Source: an uncultured Spartobacteria bacterium (GTDB lineage: Bacteria; Verrucomicrobiota; Verrucomicrobiia; Chthoniobacterales; JAATET01). Taken from it: a DNA stretch of 64,000 nucleotides. Of the stretch, positions 59,144 to 64,000 are shown one piece after another. Where the stretch lies: positions 7,461 through 71,460 of the forward strand of contig CALLUD010000013.1 in the NCBI GenBank assembly GCA_938011325.1. Direction: 5' to 3'. The notes below the pieces were generated by a model. It was not told where the DNA came from. It saw only the letters and a program-made list of their open reading frames with translations, and did no database searches. Position 1 is the stretch's first letter, and every line of letters begins with the position of its first letter. The translations under genes were made by a program, and so were the position numbers.

Positions 59144-61119
59144 ACACACTCCGCCTGCTCCTCATCCTCCTGCTCGTGGCCCGCGTGGCTGCGGCCCGGC
59201 CGATCGAAGTTCCGACCACGCTCGACGATGCCGGCATCGCGCAACCCGACCGCGTCCACGGCACGCAAACCATAAAGGACTACTTTCTGCCGCTGCCCTC
59301 GCGTGTCTTCGACGCCGCGCGCTCCCGCATCCTGGTCGAGGTGCAGCCCTCTCCGTTCGTCCACCCCGCCTCGCTGATCACGATTCTCATCAACGACCGT
59401 CCCGTCGACACCGCTCGCGCGGGCACAGGCGGAGTCGTCGTTCTCGAAGGTCCCATCCCTCCCGGCACCCGCAACGACGACCCGAGCCGGAACATCCTCA
59501 AGCTTTCGGTAAAGACCCACCTCCGCCCCGTCGATCCCAACACCGAGCTCGACGACGAATCCGCCTGGGTGGAAGTGCTGCCGTCCTCCACCTTCACCTG
59601 CCGGTTCGACGCGTCGTCGCCCGACTGGACCGCGCTCGGACGACTTGCAATCACGCTGCGTCCGCAAATCGAGGTCGTGCTCCCGAAGGAATCCGCCGCC
59701 CCGCAGATCGACCTCGCCCTCAAGACCGCCGCCTGGGCCGCCCGCCACGCTCCGGCGAGCCGGCTGCGGTTTCTCGACGAGGACGCTCCCGACGCCAAAG
59801 ACGCGGACCGCTTCGTGATCGAGGCCGCGACCGCCGGCCGCCCGCCGGTTGACATCACCATCTCGGAAACAGGCCGCATAATTCATTTGCGTGCCGGCAA
59901 CGAAGCCGAAGCTGCCAACACGTGGAGCACGCTGCTCGCCGCCGCGAACGTTCCGCTGCCCGGACCCGCGTGGAACGCATCGCAGGCCGCTCCGGAGGCC
60001 ACCTCGGCGGACGGCGGCCGCTTCGTCGGCGATCTCGACGCATCAGCGCTGGCCATAAACCGCGGCGCCGGCGACACGAGCCGGAGCTTCCGGTTCGACG
60101 CTGCAAAAATTTCTCCGAAACCCGCCAGCCTCTCGCTGCACCTGGCCGGCACGATTTCCCCGATCCACAAAGGCGCCGAGCCCATCGTCGCAGTGCTCCT
60201 CAACGACGAGTTGGTGTTCTCCGAGCGGCTTCCCGCCGGCTCGCGCGCGTTCGACTGGGAGATCCCGCTTGCCGCATCCCAGCTCCGCGGCAACAACGAA
60301 GTCACCGTGCGGATCAGCCCGCCCGCCGGTGACCGCACCCCGTATCTCTGGCAGATCAGCCGGGCAAGCACGCTCCGTGTGCGGGAACCCGCCGAGGCGA
60401 AGAAACCCACCGGCCTCCTCGAAGCGGCGCGGTATTTCGCGCCCGAGCCGTTCCTAGTCTGGCTCGCGCGACCCACGGACTGGCGCGTCGCCGCGTTCGC
60501 AGTCGCCTGGCTCCAACGTGTGAATCCGGCCGTCCAGCTCACGCCGCGCCTGACGACAGCGCTGGACGAAAACGTGTCTGCCGTCGTCGTGGGCGGACTT
60601 ACCGGCAAACAGCCGGAGGCCCTCACGCAACCGCCGGTCACATTTGGAGAAAACACGCTGACAATCCACTCGCGGCCCGGCATGCCCGCGCTGACGCTCT
60701 CGCCTGCGACGTCGCTCGGCATCTGGCAGCTTGGGGAGTCCGCGAAGGGCGCTCCGGTTCTGCTCGCCGACGGCTGGGGGCCCGCCGCTGCCGCCGCGCT
60801 TGAAAGCGTCTCCGCGCAGATGGCCGACTCGGCCTGGGTCGAGGGCGGGGACGCCATCGTCGGCGACGGCTCGACCCCGGTGCTCACCTTTGCCACGCGC
60901 GACACGCCTCTGCCACCCGTCGACGCCCTGCCCGAGGCGCTCGCCGCACCGACTTCCGCCGGGGCCATGCAAAACGCTCCGGCCCCGGCCGGCGGAATCG
61001 AATCCGCCCACGACGGCACACGGCATCTACGCTGGGTGGTGATCGCCGCACTCTGGATCGTGTTATCGGCCGTCATTGTCTGGATCTTCGAGCAGGGACG
61101 CCGCCGGGCGGTGAACTGA
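59140..61119 (+). CDS. BcsB-like periplasmic synthase subunit candidate (signal peptide plus C-terminal TM anchor)
   Basis: A GTG at 59140 overlaps the upstream stop (GTGA) and gives (M)NTLRLLLILLLVARVAAA; the alternative ATG is at 59122. Two internal segments fit the BcsB pattern (ASLITILINDRPVD and IVAVLLNDELVFSERLP). C-terminal TM: LRWVVIAALWIVLSAVIVWIF. The family call is tentative. Confidence 0.55.
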   Translation: MNTLRLLLILLLVARVAAARPIEVPTTLDDAGIAQPDRVHGTQTIKDYFLPLPSRVFDAARSRILVEVQPSPFVHPASLITILINDRPVDTARAGTGGVVVLEGPIPPGTRNDDPSRNILKLSVKTHLRPVDPNTELDDESAWVEVLPSSTFTCRFDASSPDWTALGRLAITLRPQIEVVLPKESAAPQIDLALKTAAWAARHAPASRLRFLDEDAPDAKDADRFVIEAATAGRPPVDITISETGRIIHLRAGNEAEAANTWSTLLAAANVPLPGPAWNASQAAPEATSADGGRFVGDLDASALAINRGAGDTSRSFRFDAAKISPKPASLSLHLAGTISPIHKGAEPIVAVLLNDELVFSERLPAGSRAFDWEIPLAASQLRGNNEVTVRISPPAGDRTPYLWQISRASTLRVREPAEAKKPTGLLEAARYFAPEPFLVWLARPTDWRVAAFAVAWLQRVNPAVQLTPRLTTALDENVSAVVVGGLTGKQPEALTQPPVTFGENTLTIHSRPGMPALTLSPATSLGIWQLGESAKGAPVLLADGWGPAAAAALESVSAQMADSAWVEGGDAIVGDGSTPVLTFATRDTPLPPVDALPEALAAPTSAGAMQNAPAPAGGIESAHDGTRHLRWVVIAALWIVLSAVIVWIFEQGRRRAVN

Positions 61120-62951
61120 TGCAGCTCGTCAACCATCTCTTCGAACGCGGAATCATCGACCCGGCTGCGCGCCGTCATGTCGAGCGACAGGCGGAAAGAT
61201 GGGGCGTGCCTGCCCACGGGCTTCTCCGCACGCTCGGCCTCGTCTCGGCCGAGTGCTACCTCGAACACTACGAACGCGTGTATCGCATCCCGCGTGCCGA
61301 GGCCGCGAACCTGCGGCTCTCGGAGGAGCTCGCGTCCATGGCTCCCTGGGAAACCTGGCGCGACGCGCTCGCCCTACCGGTCGCCCTCCCCGACGGCACG
61401 CCGCGCATCGCAGCGGTCGATCCCGTGAACCTGCCGCCTGCCCTGCGTGGAACGGAGGCGGTCCTCATCCTCGAGGAGGAATGGGTGGAACTCGCCGGAC
61501 GCTTCTACGGAACACCCTTTCTCGACGAGGCGATCCACGGCCTCGCCCGCGCGCATCCCCGCCTCTCCGCGCAACGCACGTTCACGACCTCCCAGCTGGT
61601 TATCGCGTGGCTGGCCGGCACCGCGATGCTCCTCGCGATCGGGCTCGCCCCCCGCATCTCATTCATCGCGCTCAACTGCGTGCTGAATGTCTTCTTCGCC
61701 ATGTGCGTCGGCTTCAAGACGCTGCTCGCCTTCGTCGGCTCCACGCGCAACGTCTCGCAAAAGGTCTCCCCGCTCGAAATCGAGCGCCTGGATGAGCGTT
61801 CGCTGCCCGTCTACACGATCCTCGTCCCGGTCTACAGGGAACCGACGGTCGTTCCGAATCTCATCCGCCAGCTCACCAGGCTCAACTACCCGCTCTGCAA
61901 GCTGGACGTGAAGGTGCTGCTTGAAGAGGGCGACGACGAAACGATCGCCGCCTTCCGCAGCGCCGCGCCACCGCCGAATTTCCACGCCCTCATCGTTCCG
62001 AACGCCCAGCCGAAGACAAAGCCCAAGGCCTGCAACTACGGCCTCTTCTTTTCCCGCGGCGAATACCTCGCCATCTACGACGCGGAGGATTTTCCCGAGC
62101 CCGACCAGCTCGAAAAGGTCGTCGCCGCCTTCCGCAAGCTCCCCGATCGCGTCGTCTGCATCCAGGGCTGCCTCAATTATTTCAACTGGCGCGACAACCT
62201 GCTCACGCGCCTGTTCACGCTCGAGTATTCGGGCTGGTTCGACTACAACCTGCCCGGCATGGAGGCGCTCAAGGTGCCGATCCCGCTCGGCGGCACGAGC
62301 AACCATTTCAAAATCGACCGCCTCCGCGAACTCGGCGCCTGGGACCCCTACAACGTCACCGAGGACGCCGACCTCGGCGTGCGCGCGAGCGCCCGCGGCT
62401 ACACCGTCGCCACGATCGACTCCACGACCTACGAGGAGGCCAACTGCGCCTACGGCAACTGGATCCGGCAGCGCTCGCGCTGGATCAAAGGCTACATGCA
62501 GACGTTCCTCGTGCACATGCGCGACCCGGTGCGGCTCATCCGCACGATCGGCCTGCGCGCCTTCCTCGGCTTCGTCCTTTTCATCGGCGGCACGCCGCTC
62601 GTCTTTCTCCTCAATCCCATTCTCTGGCTGCTCCTCGTCGTCTGGATCGCCACCGGCGCCACCGCAATCGCCGAGATCTTTCCGCCGTGGTTGTTCTACC
62701 TCGCGTTCGCCAATCTCGCGTTCGGCAACCTCATGGCGATCTACACCTGCGTGCTCGCCGTCTTCCGGCGCGGCAACTACCCGCTCGGCCTCTACGCCCT
62801 GCTGAATCCGCTTTACTGGATCCTCCACTCGATCGCCGCCTACAAGGGCCTGTGGCAGCTCATCGTGCGGCCGTTCTATTGGGAAAAAACGGTCCACGGC
62901 CTCTCGGCGCTGCCGGCGTCGTTCCACAGCGTCACGAAATCCCATGCGTAG
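61119..62951 (+). CDS. Processive family-2 glycosyltransferase (synthase type, multi-TM) with an N-terminal T2SSE_N/MshEN-like domain
   Basis: 610 aa; TGATG overlap with the upstream gene. Residues 1-115 are collinear with the GspE/PilB N-domain pattern (LVNHLFERGIIDPAARRHVERQ...LLRTLGLVSAECYLEHYERVYRIP...LALPVALPDGTPRIAAVDP). GT2 motifs: ILVPVYREP, YDAEDFP, VTEDADLG and QRSRWIKG. TM helices flank the catalytic domain. Confidence 0.85.
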   Translation: MQLVNHLFERGIIDPAARRHVERQAERWGVPAHGLLRTLGLVSAECYLEHYERVYRIPRAEAANLRLSEELASMAPWETWRDALALPVALPDGTPRIAAVDPVNLPPALRGTEAVLILEEEWVELAGRFYGTPFLDEAIHGLARAHPRLSAQRTFTTSQLVIAWLAGTAMLLAIGLAPRISFIALNCVLNVFFAMCVGFKTLLAFVGSTRNVSQKVSPLEIERLDERSLPVYTILVPVYREPTVVPNLIRQLTRLNYPLCKLDVKVLLEEGDDETIAAFRSAAPPPNFHALIVPNAQPKTKPKACNYGLFFSRGEYLAIYDAEDFPEPDQLEKVVAAFRKLPDRVVCIQGCLNYFNWRDNLLTRLFTLEYSGWFDYNLPGMEALKVPIPLGGTSNHFKIDRLRELGAWDPYNVTEDADLGVRASARGYTVATIDSTTYEEANCAYGNWIRQRSRWIKGYMQTFLVHMRDPVRLIRTIGLRAFLGFVLFIGGTPLVFLLNPILWLLLVVWIATGATAIAEIFPPWLFYLAFANLAFGNLMAIYTCVLAVFRRGNYPLGLYALLNPLYWILHSIAAYKGLWQLIVRPFYWEKTVHGLSALPASFHSVTKSHA

Positions 62952-64000
62952 AAACCTCACGCCGGCCGCCGGTTTCCTCTTCCTCGGACTGTGGGCCACC
63001 TATTGCGCCTTCGGCCTGCTGCTGGCGGAGGACTTCGGATTCCTCACCCGCGAGAATGCCGCCATTTCCGCCCGGGCCATTCTTGCCGCACACGGCGCCC
63101 CACTCTCGATGCTCACGCTCGGCGTGCCGAATCCGCCCCTCCCCTACGTTCTCGCCGTGCCCTTCGCGGCCCTTCATCTTCCCTTCCCGGCGATCTGGGT
63201 TTCGTCGCTCATGGGTGCGCTTCTCTGCACGTGGTTTTTCGTGTGGTTTCGCCGCGACGTCGCCCAGGCACCGGTCCTGATCCTTCCCCTTCTCCTGCTG
63301 CCCGTGCTCCCCGGCGTGCTCCACAGCTCGGCGGCGGGAACCCCCGCGATCGCGGCGATGGCGTTTCTCGTCTTTGCCGTTCATCTCGCGGCGCGGTTCG
63401 CGCTCGAACAGCAGACGTGGAACGACCTGCGGCGCGACGGCCGGCTGCCGGCGTGGTCCCATTCCGCGCAGGAGCAGGCCCATGCGATCCGCTTTCTCTG
63501 GGCTTCGGCCCTCCTTCTCGGCCTTGCCTCTTGCGCGCAGCCCGGTCTCCTTCTCGCGCTGCCCGTGTTTCTCCTCGCCACGCCATTCCTCCTGCCGCCG
63601 GCCGAGCGTCGAAACTGGCCGCGCATCCTCACCACGGCACTTCTCCTCTACCTTCCCATCCTCACGCTGCACGTCGCCACCGCCTCGCTGGGCGGATTGT
63701 TCACCGGCGATTTCTTTGCGCTGATGAAACCGCAGGGGGAAACGACTTTCACCGCCTGGTCACCCTCCGTCGCAAGCCTTCGCGAGCCGCTTGTGGGATT
63801 TCTCCTCACCGCACCCGTGCTCCTCTATGTCGTGATTCGCCTTCGCAACGCCGCCGTCGCGTTGCTGTGCGGCGTTCCCTTTCTCGTTCCGCTCATCGAG
63901 ACTGCGCTCGGCGGATCCCCCGACTGGCGAACGCTGCTCACCACCGCCCCGCTTCTCGCAACCGCCCTTCTCTTCCTCGGCTTTCGCTCGAACCGTTTTT
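62944..64000 (+). CDS. Polytopic membrane protein, possibly GT-C-like or a polymer-modifying/export component; the 3' end runs off the right window edge
   Basis: Hand translation, absent from the ORF track: MRRNLTPAAGFLFLGLWATYCAFGLLLAEDFGFLTRENA... The frame stays open for all 352 codons to the window end, with at least 8 hydrophobic helices. The ATG at 62944 overlaps the GT2 stop by 8 nt. Confidence 0.75.
   Translation, partial: MRRNLTPAAGFLFLGLWATYCAFGLLLAEDFGFLTRENAAISARAILAAHGAPLSMLTLGVPNPPLPYVLAVPFAALHLPFPAIWVSSLMGALLCTWFFVWFRRDVAQAPVLILPLLLLPVLPGVLHSSAAGTPAIAAMAFLVFAVHLAARFALEQQTWNDLRRDGRLPAWSHSAQEQAHAIRFLWASALLLGLASCAQPGLLLALPVFLLATPFLLPPAERRNWPRILTTALLLYLPILTLHVATASLGGLFTGDFFALMKPQGETTFTAWSPSVASLREPLVGFLLTAPVLLYVVIRLRNAAVALLCGVPFLVPLIETALGGSPDWRTLLTTAPLLATALLFLGFRSNRF

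Noticed and set aside
59131-62999. Minus-strand ORFs 59131..59886, 59883..61268 and 61659..62999 across the synthase operon
   Set aside because: They are antisense to plus-strand genes that have signal peptide, TM and GT2 motifs. They are Arg/Ala/Gly-rich with no motifs. The chain of start/stop overlaps on the plus strand supports the plus-strand reading.

Overview
High-GC bacterial chromosomal window of 64 kb. I support about 56 protein-coding genes. I found no rRNA, tRNA, CRISPR array, transposase or integrase. Three PEP-CTERM-anchored proteins (two with autotransporter-associated beta-strand repeats), a DapL-type lysine pathway gene and many secreted glycoside hydrolases suggest a Verrucomicrobiota (Opitutales-like) genome; this is inference only. 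Most of the window is housekeeping: aroG, mnmA, cutA, trpC, ruvB, glnB, uppP, rfbBD, dapL and an RND efflux pair. These are interleaved with envelope, glycan and signalling genes. High GC creates many long antisense shadow ORFs in the supplied track. Examples are 2952..4649, 22046..23839, 22582..24921 and 59883..61268, and I reject them. Two real genes run off the window edges and are absent from the track: 1..2754 on the minus strand and 62944..64000 on the plus strand. I translated both by hand. The most interesting locus is 56.5-64 kb. It holds five translationally coupled genes: a cyclic-nucleotide-binding histidine-kinase-like protein with degenerate ATP-binding motifs, a membrane-anchored receiver-like protein, a BcsB-like periplasmic protein, a processive GT2 synthase carrying an N-terminal T2SSE_N/MshEN-like domain instead of PilZ, and a polytopic membrane protein. 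A predicted beta-barrel gene lies divergent to them. I read this as an uncharacterised exopolysaccharide synthase system gated by a second messenger. Other notable items are a 188-bp tandem duplication of the leader and first codons of a PEP-CTERM adhesin gene, an active/inactive S1C protease pair, a FecR / beta-barrel / CHASE2-cyclase module, and an overlapping pair of unrecognisable genes. All domain calls come from reading motifs by eye. No searches or computations were run.
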